Shown piece after piece: positions 47,481 through 63,121 of a stretch of DNA of 64,000 bases. Positions within the stretch are counted from its first letter, which is position 1. Every line of letters starts with the position of its first letter. The position numbers were made by a program, and so were the translations under genes. The stretch spans positions 8,305,962 to 8,369,961 of the forward strand of contig CAVNZM010000007.1 in the NCBI GenBank assembly GCA_963693365.1, in the 5' to 3' direction. Below the pieces are notes generated by a model. It had not been told where the DNA came from. It saw only the letters and a list, made by a program, of their open reading frames with translations, and searched no databases. The stretch is from Amoebidium appalachense (Eukaryota > Protista > Ichthyosporea).

Positions 47481-48203
47481 ATGTTTAAGTCTGCTGCTGT
47501 TGCTCTTGCTATGGCCGGTGCCGCCACCGCCTATACCGGCCAAAGCGCCATCTAGATCTACCCCGACCCCACACACGTTGGGCCCTTCATCACCATCCCC
47601 CCCGTGACCACCCCCCTCTACAGCTCCACGGTCACCCACATGACCACCTACTACCCTTCTAAGACGGACGATTACGGTGCCATTTCCACACACAAGGTGA
47701 CGTCCACACGCCATTTCGACCCCTCCACCTACAACCCCGGCCCATCCGACGCCTGCCACGGTGGTGTGATCAATTTCCAGGCAGCAGGCGATGTGGAAGG
47801 CATGCCACAGGTAGGCATGGCTATTGCAAAGGCAGCAGCTATTGCCGGTGTTGACTACCACGATTTCACTGTGTACGAGGCCAAGTATGACAGTAGTATC
47901 CTGGGAACATGGATTACTACCCTGTTCTGCAAAAAGGAAACTTCCGACAAGGTTGTTAGCTCAATGCACGCAGCACCAGCACTTTGGTCTATGGGTCTTG
48001 GAGGTAACTACCACCATATCGTCTACCCCGATGCTGCTAGCCAGGATTTGTATGTCAACTGCAACCGTTCGAAAACACCCAGCAAATTCTTGTATAGAGG
48101 AAAGTGTGTTGCATGCACGCCTCTTCTATCCACGCAAAAGTGTGCCACTGGCGAAATTGTCAAATGCACGAACTTTTCCGACTCGCACTGCGCTACGGCA
48201 TAG
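47481..48203 (+). pseudogene. Secreted Thr/Pro-rich, Cys-rich family protein, paralog 1, with an in-frame TAG at codon 25
   Basis: MFKSAAVALAMAGAATAYTGQSAI*IYPDPTHVGPFITIPPVTTPLYSS... The signal peptide is in frame with ORF 47604-48203 and matches paralog 2 (LAMAGAAAAY). The stop is at 47553-47555. Confidence 0.7.
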
Positions 48204-48736
48204 ATGTAGTAAGATACGCCAGTATCATAATGAACTGATGGTTGATGGAGGTTTGTATGTACATACTGTATTTTTTGATGTACTGAGTACGTAGATTTGT
48301 GTATGTATGTATTTTGGCTGCTCTCTCTAGCCAGTAACAATGTGTTTTGCCCTTGGTTTTGTCATTGTATGATCGTTGAATAATTTAAATCACAGTGTGT
48401 AATGCGTATAAGACACCGAATAGGAACCGTGATCCGAGAAGCTTCAGGACAAATCACGAATACTGGGGAACCACCAATGCTGCCGTCGAATTGAATCCAC
48501 GGTGTTATCTCCCCATGTACATATCTTGCACCGTAACTTCGAAAATAAAGCTGCATTCGTGTATGTAATGATTCAAACAATTACTCCAAGCTTGTCAGTC
48601 TGCCATGGGGCTGTGTGTGGGTGTGTCTCAAGAGGCGTGTGGTATGTGTGTGTGTGTGCCTGTGTGTCTGTTACGGCGTCGGTGCTGGTGTGCGTGTGAG
48701 CCATGTGCATGTGAGTGTTGATGCTTGTGTGCCGCG

Positions 48737-48810
<74 letters not shown>

Positions 48811-49568
48811 ATTAGTGTGCGTGTCCGTAATGTGGGCGAGTGGCCCAGATTTTAATCAGACTCAGCCTGCGGATGAAAAAGCGATTCTGGGGAATTCCAA
48901 GGGTTGGGGCTTGGTTGCCAATCGGAATGAAGGGGGAAGGAGAGGAAGGGGTGGAGGGGGGAGGGAGTCTCTTTATGTCCGATAAAGTGATGAGGCTGGG
49001 CTTGGCCTCAGAAACAGCGGGGTCATCTGAATATGCTATTTATTTAGTACATATTTTAAGAGACATCACAAAAGTTGCTTCCAGGACTAACAGACTCGGA
49101 GCAAGAAATAAAATGGTCTGACGCGCCTCAAGTCTGACCTGCCTATAAAATTTTAGCAAAAACACACTGCCGCCAAACATCAACTGGCCTAGACCACGAT
49201 CCTACCGGTAGCCAATTAGATTAGCCCCTAAAATTTTATTTTACGGTCTATTTGTGATCTGTATATGGCTGTTCAACTTTCTATATACTTTGCTCGTTTA
49301 CAAATGATTTGTGGTTTCACTGCAATTTTTTATAGGGTGTTTTCACACGTTTTTTCGCTAAGTTTGATGCACGTTTTCCTAAAAATTCGCTAGGTTTCAG
49401 ATTTTCGTTATAATTTTATTCTTATAGCAGGTGTGTTGCTTTCGTTGTGTAGAGCTAATGTCCGAGGGTGGACATTCTGCCTCGGAGGGGGTGATGTAAA
49501 AGCGCAAGGTTTTGCTTGATTTCATAAATATACTTGTGTGCTGAAATTCCAGATTGAGTCTTCTCTTG

Positions 49569-49610
<42 letters not shown>

Positions 49611-49623
49611 CACGTAGGTTGGT

Positions 49624-50793
<1,170 letters not shown>

Positions 50794-51972
50794 TGCTGGT
50801 TGTGTGGATGCGCACGTACACTCGCTCCCACATTGTGCATACTTGCTTGTTGCGATAGCATACCTTTGTGCTCACGGTTCAATTGCAAGATTTATTGCCT
50901 TGCATGTCCTGCATGCATAGTTTCGGTTCCCTTCGTCCACAGCACTTGATTGAATACTCATTAGGTTTGTCTTGTCATATGGTTGATATCACACTCAGCT
51001 TGTATCTACTTATCTTGTTTTGCTGTCACTATCTTTGTTGTATGGTTTCGGTCTTGTGTTACTTTGCTCGTAGTTTATGCGGATTGTCTTTGTTGTCAAC
51101 TCCTTATTTGGCTATACTTAAAACTGGGGCAAGTCTATTGGCTGGACGTGGCTTCACAATTTCATTGGCAAATACGTGATGTAATTCTATTGGCTGTCCG
51201 GCTACAGCCCAATTCCTGTTGGCGAACGCGGCGACCAGGTGACGGGACGTCTGGGCGGTATCTAAGCGCAATACCCCCAGTATCGCAGGTCATGTTGTGT
51301 ACGGTGTGGCACACATGTTTTCCCTCACACTGGATTAAACTAATTCAAACCGTGTCTGTCCCACCTGTTTAGTTCTGTCTTAGAACCCACTCTCTCTGAA
51401 TTTTCATAAGGCATTCATGCATTCACTCCACGCTTAGACAGAACTTTACAATACCTACTTCCTAGACTGTGCCGGTTAAACACACATGGAAGGAACATCC
51501 GGTTTAAGACACTATTTCAATGACTATATGGGACTTGGTTCTAAAACCATAAGTACTTGTGTTTAGAGCGGACCTTGTTTATGAAATTTACCCCTAGCTC
51601 CCGAGGGGGATTTGTCGTGGTGCGGTGGTGCTATGGAGTTTAGAGTGGTGGGGTGCACGTTGTATCCCATGTCGTGTCGTGTGGTGGGTAGGCTGATGTG
51701 CGCCTGGGTATGTGGTGTGGATTGCACACGTTGCTACGGTTTAAGTGTCAAGATTCTGGGCAGGCTGAATTTATTTGGGCCGGGGGGGGTCTTTTTGCGC
51801 TGATGTGTTTTGTTTGGTCGCTTCCTACGGGTGGCTTTTTGGGTTTGCGATGGCCCCAAGTTGCTTTGTGTCAATTTGTGTGACTGGGTGACTCCCTACT
51901 GTACGTCTAGGCTTTCACATTTACTAAAAACTCTGGGAAGAAAAAAAGCAAAAAAGGAGAGAGACCATCCAG

Positions 51973-52006
<34 letters not shown>

Positions 52007-52021
52007 TCTCTCCCTCTTCCC

Positions 52022-52095
<74 letters not shown>

Positions 52096-52837
52096 ACCCG
52101 TTCGAGATCTCCTCACTGGCCGGCATTCCGCCAACATAATCCCCCCCCCCCCCCCCCCCCCCCCCCCCTTCCCACACGACCCTTCTTGAAACCTACTGAT
52201 CCACTGAGTCTGAGTCCTTACTATGAACCATAGTACGCCCTGGTCGAGCTCATAATCAGATGCCCCCCCTCCTGTCCTCGGCTTTCCCCCTCCAAGCTTC
52301 CCCTCCCCCCCTCCCCTCCCCCCCTCTCCCCCCCCCCCCTCCCCTCCTTCCCCCCCCCCCCCGGCCATAATATTCTAAATCCCCCCAGCCTCCCCCCCCC
52401 CCCTCTCCCCCTCTTGGGCCCCTTCTCCATCCCTCCCTCCTCCTCCCCGGCAGCCCCTCCCCGGCCCCCGCCCACTCCCCCCCCCCCCCCCCCCTCCCCC
52501 CCCCCCTCTCTCCCAATTTTTTTAATATAACGTAATCTTTTTTTAGCGAAAAACGAATGAGGAAGCTATTATTGCGATTTGCACAGCACGGTCACACGCC
52601 CCTGGACGCTCCCTACTAATATGTACATGCTAGGATAGAAATGCATGTTCGTGCACGGTGACCTAACTTGCATATATCCGACGAAAGGACGGGGGTACGT
52701 GTACCGCTGGTGGCTGGTGTGAGGTGGGTGGGTGGGTAGGGTGCATGTGGTGGTGGCAGTGGGTGGTGCCACCGTCACGGTTGGCGGCGGTGATTACGTG
52801 TGCGTGTGTGTGCGTGTGTGTGTATGTGTGTACATGT

Positions 52838-52875
<38 letters not shown>

Positions 52876-53497
52876 AAAATGATCTATCTTTTCGTGGCCC
52901 TCTGCCGCGCCGGCGCCTGGGTCATCATCCATGTCACCCTAGAATTGGCGTGCATTCTTTCACAAGTGGTCACAATTTTGGCAAGGTCACTACTGAGTAT
53001 TCGGAGTGGATAATCATTGTGGATGTCCTTGCAGTTCAAATAATTCATAGCAGAATTTCTTAGGAAAAGTCAGTTTGGGAGGTCGCCCTTAGTTATTATA
53101 GGAAAAAATGAAAAAAAGAATCAGCCAGAGCCGATTTGATATAAAGGGTTACACTTGGGACGTACACGCCACGGGTACCCTCAGAAATCATCTTGTGATA
53201 ATTCCGAGCAAATGCTCACATTATGATACACGTGACAGCGGCACAAACATGTCACGACTCTCTAAGGGGAAACAGGAAGTAATATATGTCAACCAATAAT
53301 CTATGTATCACTTCTTTGACATATTAATTATTCCCGGGGAATTTTTTGTTTATTCTTATATTGCATTTACAGCAGTCACACAAGTTACGCGGCGATGATC
53401 TCTACACCAATATGAGATATATCTAACAGTATATCCAAATTTTCTGGACAACAGATTCTATCTTGTGATCTCGCGGCCATACCAAAGTGAGTGACAG

Positions 53498-53572
53498 CCA
53501 ATCAGCAGACACAAAATAGCCGCTGTGATTGGTTCACTCAAAGTCGATAAACTTGCGGGCGCCGTATATAAA
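53498..53572 (+). promoter_or_regulatory. Putative core promoter (two CCAAT boxes plus TATA box) of secreted paralog 2
   Basis: CCAATC at 53498, GATTGG at 53527 and TATATAAA at 53565-53572, 114 nt before the ATG at 53679. Confidence 0.55.
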
Positions 53573-53678
53573 CCCCAACACGCTCCAAAGGTCATCACAA
53601 CTACTAGCTAGCCATCGCAACAAAGTCATTTGCTTTAGCGAAGTTCAGTTGTTCCTCTAGCCCACCCCAACTTCTAAA

Positions 53679-54404
53679 ATGGTCAGATCACTTTCTCTCC
53701 TCGCTATGGCTGGCGCCGCCGCCGCTTACAACAGCAATCCCCGTGCGGTCGTCACCCCGGTCCCTCCCCCCTTCACAACCACACCCATCCCCCCGGTGAC
53801 CACCCCCGTCTACAGCTCCACGGTCACCCGCAGGACCACCTACTACCCCTCTACGACGGACGACTACGGTGCCATTTCCACCCACAAGGTGACGTCCACA
53901 CGCCACTTCGACCCCTCCACCTACAACCCCGGCCCGACTGACGCCTGCTACGGTGGTGTGATCATCTTCTCGACGGAGGGCCAAATCACTACCCCCCTTA
54001 ATGTGGGTCTGATTATGGCCCAAATTGCTGCCGTTTCCAACGTTGACTGGAAGGACTTCACCGTGTACGAGGCCAAATTCAACGCTGCTTCTCTGCAGAC
54101 ACAGATCACCACTCTGATTTGCAACATGGGCGTGTTTGATAAGGTGGTTAAGTCCATGAAAACTGTCCCGGCCGAGTGGTACATGGTGACCAAGGCAGAG
54201 TTCAACCACGTCGTCCACCCCAATGCCATCAGTGAGGATATCTACATCAGCTGCGGCACAAACTTTAACACCAAGACGGATTCTACCTTCCTGTTCAACG
54301 GAAAGTGTGTTCCCTGCACCCCACTCCCGCCACAGAAGGCATGTGCCATTGGCCAGAAGCTCGCATGCACCAACCCCGCCGACTCTCACTGTGTGCCAAA
54401 GTAA
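53679..54404 (+). CDS. Intronless secreted protein of unknown family (signal peptide, Thr/Pro-rich segment, conserved DDYGAISTHKVTSTRHFDPS motif, C-terminal TNFR-like Cys module), paralog 2, 241 aa
   Basis: Clean single-exon ORF with strong C/G third-position bias, signal peptide MVRSLSLLAMAGAAAA, and end-to-end similarity to 47481-48203 and 63121-63807. Confidence 0.88.
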   Translation: MVRSLSLLAMAGAAAAYNSNPRAVVTPVPPPFTTTPIPPVTTPVYSSTVTRRTTYYPSTTDDYGAISTHKVTSTRHFDPSTYNPGPTDACYGGVIIFSTEGQITTPLNVGLIMAQIAAVSNVDWKDFTVYEAKFNAASLQTQITTLICNMGVFDKVVKSMKTVPAEWYMVTKAEFNHVVHPNAISEDIYISCGTNFNTKTDSTFLFNGKCVPCTPLPPQKACAIGQKLACTNPADSHCVPK

Positions 54405-55368
54405 GAAGTAGGAGGCTTTCTGGGGTCTCGTGACGAAATTTGTCTTGAAATTCCCCGTGGTAGCACTGTATGCAAAAGTCAGTGTAAGCGTGTGAATCAC
54501 GATGAATGCTTTTTGTATTGTACCAACATGCTTTACTGTAGGTTCAGCTCTAATGTCCGTAAAAAGATCTGTGAAAGCAAGTAGTGTAGCCGTTCCCGTT
54601 TCTGTGGGTTCCATGTAAAAAGGATCAGAAGTGTAAGCAGTGAGATCAGTGTACTACGTAGATATTTGTATCATTTTGTGCTCAGAAGGCAGTGTGGGGG
54701 TCTGTCACAGCCTTGGTTACCGTCGAAGGCAATTCCACGGGACCGGTGCCCCCTCATATGCATGTATGCCGCCCAGCTGGTTGGGTCTGTAAATAAAAGC
54801 TGTTTGCATCATATCTCGGAACATTGCACTGATATTCATCTACTATCCAATTTTACGTTTCCTATGGCATTTTCTTGTGTCCAGTGATGCCCTTTTATTC
54901 CGATCCCCACTCTTTTTTCAAGAGCTCTCTCTAGAGCATCAATCTCCCCCCCTCCCTTCCAATCCCTTGTACATCCCTTTCGTTGCGTCCTATGTGACAC
55001 CAATGAGTTTGTGAAGTGACGATTGGCTGCAAGTGAAAAGGAACAGGAACCACTTTTCCCCACCTCCTCCCCACCCTACCCCCCCTTCCCCCCTCCCCCC
55101 TCCCCCCTCCCACCCTCCCCCCTTTACAACCCTCCCCTCTTTTCCCGTGATTCAAAACAGGAAACAAGCATGCTCTCACACTCACAAACTCTCTTATACA
55201 CACCCACATACACTTGCGCACAAGCAAACATGATGCCTGGGCCACATATGTGTATAACATAAGCATTTGGGCAGAAATATCAAAGTGCACCTGTACGCCG
55301 CAATCGAACTTCGAGTGTACGTCGTCACTCTAGGCAAGATCCCGTTTGCCCCTCCCGCCCCCGCTCCC

Positions 55369-55402
<34 letters not shown>

Positions 55403-56509
55403 CCTCCCCTCCCCCCCCTCCCCTCAATATTCATGGATGGAATCCGATGTCCGGCGCCCCTGATGTGATCAAAAACGGGGAAGCTTTCGATCGATATTGT
55501 GAACAGTTGGGGCCCCATGATGGATTCTGAGAACCACTTAAGTTGCATATTTACCTTAGAGGTCTGTGTACTCGTGTAACATCTTCTTTTCTAATTTGCC
55601 GTGTTAAGTGTTGGTTGCCTCCAGGACTTCGCAGAGTATGTCACTCACACTCAGGCACGGCATTAAATCTCCCTCGGACAGCTCCCACACTCATTATTTC
55701 ATCCCCTCCCCCCATCCCCCCCCCTCCCCCCCCCCCCCCCCCCCAAACACCTTTTCCCCAACAATCTTCCCCGATGCCCGCTCTCTTACAACACCCCCCC
55801 CCCCCCCCCCCCCCCCCTCTCCATTCTTACTGTGGTTTTTCGCACCCTCAATTCCCAACCCAGGGCCCTCTTCCCACCCCGCACCTTGTCTGGTACTCAC
55901 CCACCCCAACCCCCATGCTCCCCACCCTCGCCCCCCTCCCCCTCCTCCCCCCCCCCTCCCCCCCCCCCCCCCTCTCCCCCCCCCTCGTCCCTGATTAATC
56001 TCCCCTCCAGTTACCTGAGGTTGAACTTCATTTCTGCAATGTCAAAATGTGCACTTACTTGTTGGCCACCTGTAGTGCTAGTGGACCCCTCCCCCCCTCC
56101 CCCCCCTCCCCCCTTCCCTCCCCTCCTCCCCACCCCCTCCCCTTCCCCCCCCCCCCTCCCCCTCCCCCTTCCTCTTCTTCCCTCCCCCCCCCTCCCCAAC
56201 CCTCCCCTCCCCCCCATTGCCCTCCCCTGCCGGGCCAGTCTCTCCCTCGAGTTCCTGCCCCGTGGCGCCATATGATTATCTCTTTTGACAGTCTTTTCCC
56301 TCCCCTTCCCCAACCACCTTCACCACACACGCTCACATGGCCTTCACCACACATATACCCGTTTTTGCACATGTGCATAAATGTGTGTGTGTACAAAAAC
56401 ACACAAACACACACACATACACAAATGCACACGCGCAGCCACATTCACAACACACACCCACGCATAACACTTGACTCAATACGCACAGGCACACGCACAC
56501 ACACGTGAG

Positions 56510-56546
<37 letters not shown>

Positions 56547-56548
56547 AC

Positions 56549-56579
<31 letters not shown>

Positions 56580-57784
56580 TTCACAACACCGCCCATTTAC
56601 ACAAAACACACACACGCATATACACCACACACGCGCGCACACACACACGCGGACACACACACGCATGCATATTCACACCACACACCCACACATACACAAC
56701 ACACACACGCACATACACCACACACACGCGCACACACGCACGCACGGAGACACACACACACGCATATTCACACCACACACCCACGCATACACAACACACA
56801 CACGCACATACACCACACACACACACACACGCACATGTCACACCCCCTCACACACAAACGAGCACACACGAGCCCCTAGGTATGGGAATATTGCTTCACA
56901 TGAACGTTTAAAAACACAGTATGTGATAAGATATCACCAGACCATAACAACATGTGTGTCTGGACCCTAAATGGGGGGCGGTAGGGTTTTTTTTTTCTTT
57001 TCTTTTTTTTTTTTTTTTTTTTTTTTGGGGGGGGGGGGGGGGGGTCCTACGATGGAAGTTCCCTCACACCTGATTGGACGAAACACATTTTGATGGCCGT
57101 AAGACAGTGGGGAACGATGGAATCCCCATGCTACATAAAAGGACCTTTATGCCCCTATATAGCGGGGGGTGGCGGGTGGCGGCAGCCCCGCCCACTTAAG
57201 GCCTAGGCACACTTAGCGTCATTATTATTGTGTTTATGTTTTTATTTGGTGATATCTTATCAAATATTGTGTCTGTTAACGTTCATGTGAAATACGTAGG
57301 GGCTTTTGTGGTACGGGTCGATTCGGATAAGCTTGTTCTGAGAGATAACTATGGTGACAGCACAGAAGTTCAGCGGGGTGACGGTGTGGCCTTTTGACGG
57401 TGAGGGGGAGGGAAGAAGGCTGGGGGGAGGGGGGGGGAGAGGGGTGGGAGGGGGGTGGATCGAGGGTGTGGTTGGGTAGGCGGGACGTTAAAGCTGTGAT
57501 GTAAGGGAGACCCTCCTTTGAAGTAAGTGCTTCTTTCCATATATTTTATGGCGGCCAGCCTGCCGCAGGCCTAGGCGTAGCACTACTATTGAATTCGTAG
57601 TGGTGATAGTGGTGATAATGGTGATAACGGCAATGGTGATGATAGTGGTGATAGTGGTGATAGTGGATCAGATGGTGGTGGCTCGTAGGGGTGATAATTG
57701 ATGAAAATGGTGGCACACGGTTTACAGGGGTGGTGGTGGCGGTGGCAGTGCTGGCGGCAGTGAGAGAGAGAGAGAGAGAGAGAG

Positions 57785-57905
<121 letters not shown>

Positions 57906-58024
57906 TATTTTCTTTCTTTCTTTCTTTCTTTTTGTGTGTGTGTGGTGGTGGTGGTGGTGGTGGTTGGGGACGGTTTTTTGTTGGGGTGAGAGGGGGGAGG
58001 GGGTGAGGGGTGTGTGTGTGTGTG

Positions 58025-58061
<37 letters not shown>

Positions 58062-58434
58062 TGTGTTACACAGGACGATCGTGTTTGCCTTTCTTAAGCC
58101 AATAAACGTCATTATAGACCACTCTGTTGTGGTGGCGGTGGTGTTGGGGGGGGGGGGGGGGGGGGGGGGGGGAGTTGTTGTCGAAAAATGTCGTTACTGG
58201 ACACAGGGACTGTGTGCTATGATAAATAACTATTGAAGTATATGAAGAGGCAACCAACGGTAGTTGATTCTGAAAACACTCATTACACAGTGTACGGTAT
58301 GAATCCATATACTATGATGTTTCAGCCAGAACATATCAAGTCTATTCACGGGCCCCCTAAACCTTTTCCCTAAAGAATCTGATGAATATGTGTCCTGTTT
58401 GCATATGATGTTCATTTTGCCGTGTGTGTGTGTT

Positions 58435-58548
58435 GGGGGAGAGGGGAGGATTGTCATATTATAGAAAATAATGCATTTTTGCCATGTCTTCTGGGGAGAG
58501 GGGAGGATTGTCATATTATAGAAAATATTGCATTTTTGCCATGTCTTC
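58435..58548. repeat. Tandem duplication, ~57-nt unit x2
   Basis: TGGGGAGAGGGGAGGATTGTCATATTATAGAAAATAwTGCATTTTTGCCATGTCTTC occurs twice. Confidence 0.9.
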
Positions 58549-58670
58549 GTAACTCGTTGAATAATCTTCGTCACGTACGAATTGGAAGCCGGTTGACGCT
58601 GTGTGTGTATACGCTGTGTGTTTGCCTGCTTCTCATTGACAAGTGCGCCACACATTTGTGCACGCACAGG

Positions 58671-58718
<48 letters not shown>

Positions 58719-60276
58719 CCCCCCCCCCCCCCCCCCTCTCTCTCTCTTTCTGCGTGTGTGTGTGTGTGTGCATGTGTGTTGTGCGTGTGCGCGTACGTGC
58801 CTGTGTGGGTGCGTGCGTGGGTGCCACGGTGTGAGCGTGTGTTTGTGCGTGTGTGTGCATGTGTGTGTGTATCCCTCCATCTTTCGTAGTGTCTCGTATT
58901 TCTCCAGCCCTGTAACCAACATGGTATAATATACCTTTCATCTTCAGCGACTGGTCATTGGTGAAACCAGTCACGTATAAGGCCCATGCTGCGCCGCACC
59001 ACACACAGATATTTGTGTCATGGCCACACATGTGTTTTATTTTGACTTTTTACTTTTTATTGTTCCGGACGGCACGGAGCCACCATCTACAGCGGAAAAT
59101 GGTGTTGGCGGTCCGAAAATACTATATACACTGCGGCGTGCCTTGTGGTACGGATGGGTAGTAGCATAGTGAACGCGGCGCGGCATACATGTCATTGAGC
59201 AATACATATCAAACGTTCTAAAACATTTCGGTTGTTTTTTGAAAAAAACGGCTGGTTGCTCAGAAAGAGGTATCAAATGGTATATTCAGAAAGAGTTTCA
59301 ACTTCCGAAGTGAAATCCCAAAAACCGTAAACGCTTGTAATCGACATTTCAAAAAATCTGAGGTGCCACTAGTCGACAATATTTTGTCCCCCCCCCTCTT
59401 TCCCCCCCCCCCCCCCCCCCCCCCCTCCTCCCCACCACCCGCCCTCTTCCTTGGCCCCACCCCCTTCCCCTCAAGCCTTCGTCTAGCTACTCGTGCGGAC
59501 AAAACATATAAAAAATCAAAGTAAAAGCGAAGGAGAAAAAGAAAGCACCTGTACTACTCCCACAAGTTACAAACTTTCCCTTTAAATCGGTATGCACATT
59601 GTTCCCTTGTTAGCAGTGGTGTATCCATCGTCACACTCTGAACACACTGAGTTGGTGTTTGTTGTGCACGTCAGCACCTTGCAATTGGCTATAGACGTGC
59701 ATACGTCACACGGGCCCCCAAGGGCTGGGTCGTTAAAGTATCCCTGTTAAGGTCACGGTATGGTGAGTGAGTGTTAAAGAAATCAAAAATGAGTTTAATC
59801 AGTTGAGGCCGAAGTGGGTGAAAGAGTGGGTAAAAGTGAAAAGATTGAGAGGGTAGGTTTGTTGTGCGTCGAGGTAATGAACTCCAATGAATACACTAAG
59901 AAATTGCATGACTCATGATAACAAACCCCCCTCCGCCTCCCCCTTCCCCCCCCCTTCTCCCCCCCCCCTTCCCCCCCCCCCCCCCAAACAACAACCCAAC
60001 CCATCATGCTTACTTACACACCAGCCACCGTGTTCTCAAAAGCACAGAAATCATGGCAAAGGTAGGCATGCTAGCCGAATTCAGTATTGGCTTTGTCTGT
60101 GCTCGCACATGCATAGATACACATGAACACCATTTCATGCCCACATGTATCACAACCTATTCTGGCCTTCTCCCTAGCATGCGTGGACATACAATTCTTA
60201 AGGTAATAAGTAAACATACACATATGAATGGAGCAATCGCACAGGCACACACAAGAGAGGGGGGGGGGGGGGAGGG

Positions 60277-60490
<214 letters not shown>

Positions 60491-60800
60491 GGGTGGGGCA
60501 CTGGTGGGAGGGGGGGGGAAGAGGGGGAAAGAGAGAGCTAGAGAAAAAGGCAGAGGGAAAGAAGGGGGAGGGGGGGGGGGGGGGAAGAGAAAGGGAGAAA
60601 GCGGGGGAGGTTGGGGGGGGGGGGGGGGAGGTTGGGGAAGGGGGGGGGGGGGGGGGGGGGGGGGGGGATACGCACCGGCATGCATCTGTTTGCTTGGCAG
60701 TAGTTTTCTGCGGCGCCTGACGTGCACAGCGAGAAGCCTGGCTGGCAGTGGTCCGCATCGACACACGCAAAACACTGGCCAGATGTCTCATCGGTGTAGT

Positions 60801-60895
<95 letters not shown>

Positions 60896-61128
60896 TGTGT
60901 GCGTGTGTGTGTGTGTGTGTGTGTGCTTGTGGGCTTCCCATGCCATATTCAAGCGCATGTATGTGCGTGTAGGTGTGCCTTGTGTTTGTGTGCGCCGGTA
61001 TCCGTACATGCAAATTATTTTTTGGTGTTTTGGGATGTGAGGCAGTCAGTTTGAGAGCCCTCACAAACAACACCCTTTGATTACCAACTTGAGTCTCCTA
61101 CTGAATATGATGCATAGGGCGCGTGTAT

Positions 61129-61159
<31 letters not shown>

Positions 61160-61402
61160 AGGAGGGAGGGGTGGGGGGAGGTGGGGCGAGGGGTACAGAA
61201 GGCTATAAAGAACACAGTAGTAGCTGATGCGATGTTGCTCAGTGTTTGTGACCTTGGGTTTGGTGACTAAACTTTCCCGATTCCTTGCAACAATAGGTTC
61301 CCTCTCCTTAATTTCTACATTCCCCCACGTCCCTTTCCAACCCTGTTTCTCTCTGTCTCTCCCCCCCCACCCCACCCTCCCCCCTCCCTCCCTCCCTTAG
61401 CT

Positions 61403-61438
<36 letters not shown>

Positions 61439-62869
61439 CGGCCACAGCCTCGGCCCACCCATCCCCACATACCCTCCCATCCGATGCATCTCTCTATTCG
61501 GCAGCTTTGTCAATCATTCTATTCTCTTTTCATTCATTTCCTGCCCCTACCCCCTCCCCCCTCCCCCCTCCCCCCCCCCTACAACCACCACCATTCCCCC
61601 CCTCCCCCCCAAGTCCCCCCCCCTTCCCCTCTACCGTCTACACGAGCGCACATCCCCACCCTCCTCCCCCCCTCCATTTACGTGAGCACACACGAGAAAA
61701 ACCCCATATTTTGCTCAACAATCACACTCACCCATCGTTGCAGCCGCCGATGTCACATTTTGACTTGCCGGTCTTGTCGTCACACACAACATAGTCCAGA
61801 CTCTTACAGTTCTCTACCGGCCTCTTGACACATGCTGCAATAAATGCACAGATATCTCTGGTTAGTGATCTCTCGTGTGTTGTGTAATGGTGGCACGTCA
61901 AGGGGAGGGGTGCTCCCATGTAGAAGCCCAATGCAAAGCCAACCGGAACTTTTAGAGAAAGGAAGGTAGAGTGTTTTGGGTCCCACATGCTTCGGTTCTA
62001 TACCCCTTAGGCTGCAGGCTGAGTTCTGTGTTTCTAGTGTATTCACACGAGGGATATTCTCGTATTCTGTCACTGTGTTCTCTATCGTGTAAACAGCATG
62101 CACGTGGTTTTTGAATAAGCGGCCGGGAACCAGGGATGGGAATGTGATGGAGTACACACATGACCTTGAACTGGGAGGTATATGCACACACACAGGCAAC
62201 CCGTACACATGCTGCCGGCCATGTATAACTGCACGTATTATTTGCTGTGCGCTTCGAAAGAATGTACGATATGTTGCCCTAAAAATTTGAGTCACAGCGC
62301 CGCGAGTTTGGGTACCTTGCATGTGTGCTTGACCGTGCAGGGATGTACGTGTGATTATGTCTGTGTGTATCAGCGGACTTGTGCATGTAGGTGTGTTGGT
62401 ATGTGTCCCCCTGGTGCATATATCCCTTCCTTTTTTTTGAGCGCACTTGTGGCCCTCATTCCACATGTATATACCTGCATGATCCCACGTGTGCATGATG
62501 TCATAAGCATATGTGCATGTGTGTTGTGTGTGTGTGTGTGCGTGTGTATGTGTGTGTGCGTGTGTGCGCGCGCATGCGTGCGTGTTTGTGTGTGTGTGTT
62601 TATGTGTGTGGGTGTGTGCGTGTGCATATGAGTGTGTGCATGAGTGTGTGTGCACGTGTATGGGGCGCGCGTGCATGCGTGCGTGCGTGCGGGGGTGCGA
62701 GCGTGTGTGGGCAATATGACCTGCGCCCTTGTGTGCGTGCGCGCTGGTGTGTGTTTGTGTGTGTGTGTCTCTGTGTGTGTGTGTGTGTGTGTGTGTGTCT
62801 GTGTGTGCGTGTGTGCGTGTGTGTGTGTCTTGTGTGTGTGTGTGCGTGTGTGTATGGTGTCTGTGGGTC

Positions 62870-62943
<74 letters not shown>

Positions 62944-63025
62944 TGTGTTTGTGTGTGTGTGTGTATGAGGGCGGGTGTGTGTACTATGATGTGTGACTAG
63001 GCCTCTGTGCGTGTCACGGTATGTG

Positions 63026-63120
<95 letters not shown>

Positions 63121-63121
<1 letters not shown>

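Noticed and set aside
47553-47555. Genome-wide TAG reassignment (alternative genetic code)
   Set aside because: TAG is the terminal stop of the same gene (48201-48203) and of HSF, and no other reconstructed exon contains an in-frame TAG.
53688-54614. 308-aa minus-strand ORF (likewise 47451-47861)
   Set aside because: Antisense shadow of the codon-biased plus-strand secreted gene.
52876-55530. Short coding-looking fragments (MDDDPGAGAAEGHEK on minus; GWNPMSGAPDVIKNGEAFDRYCEQ on plus)
   Set aside because: Isolated, without consistent splice-site pairs or recognisable homology.
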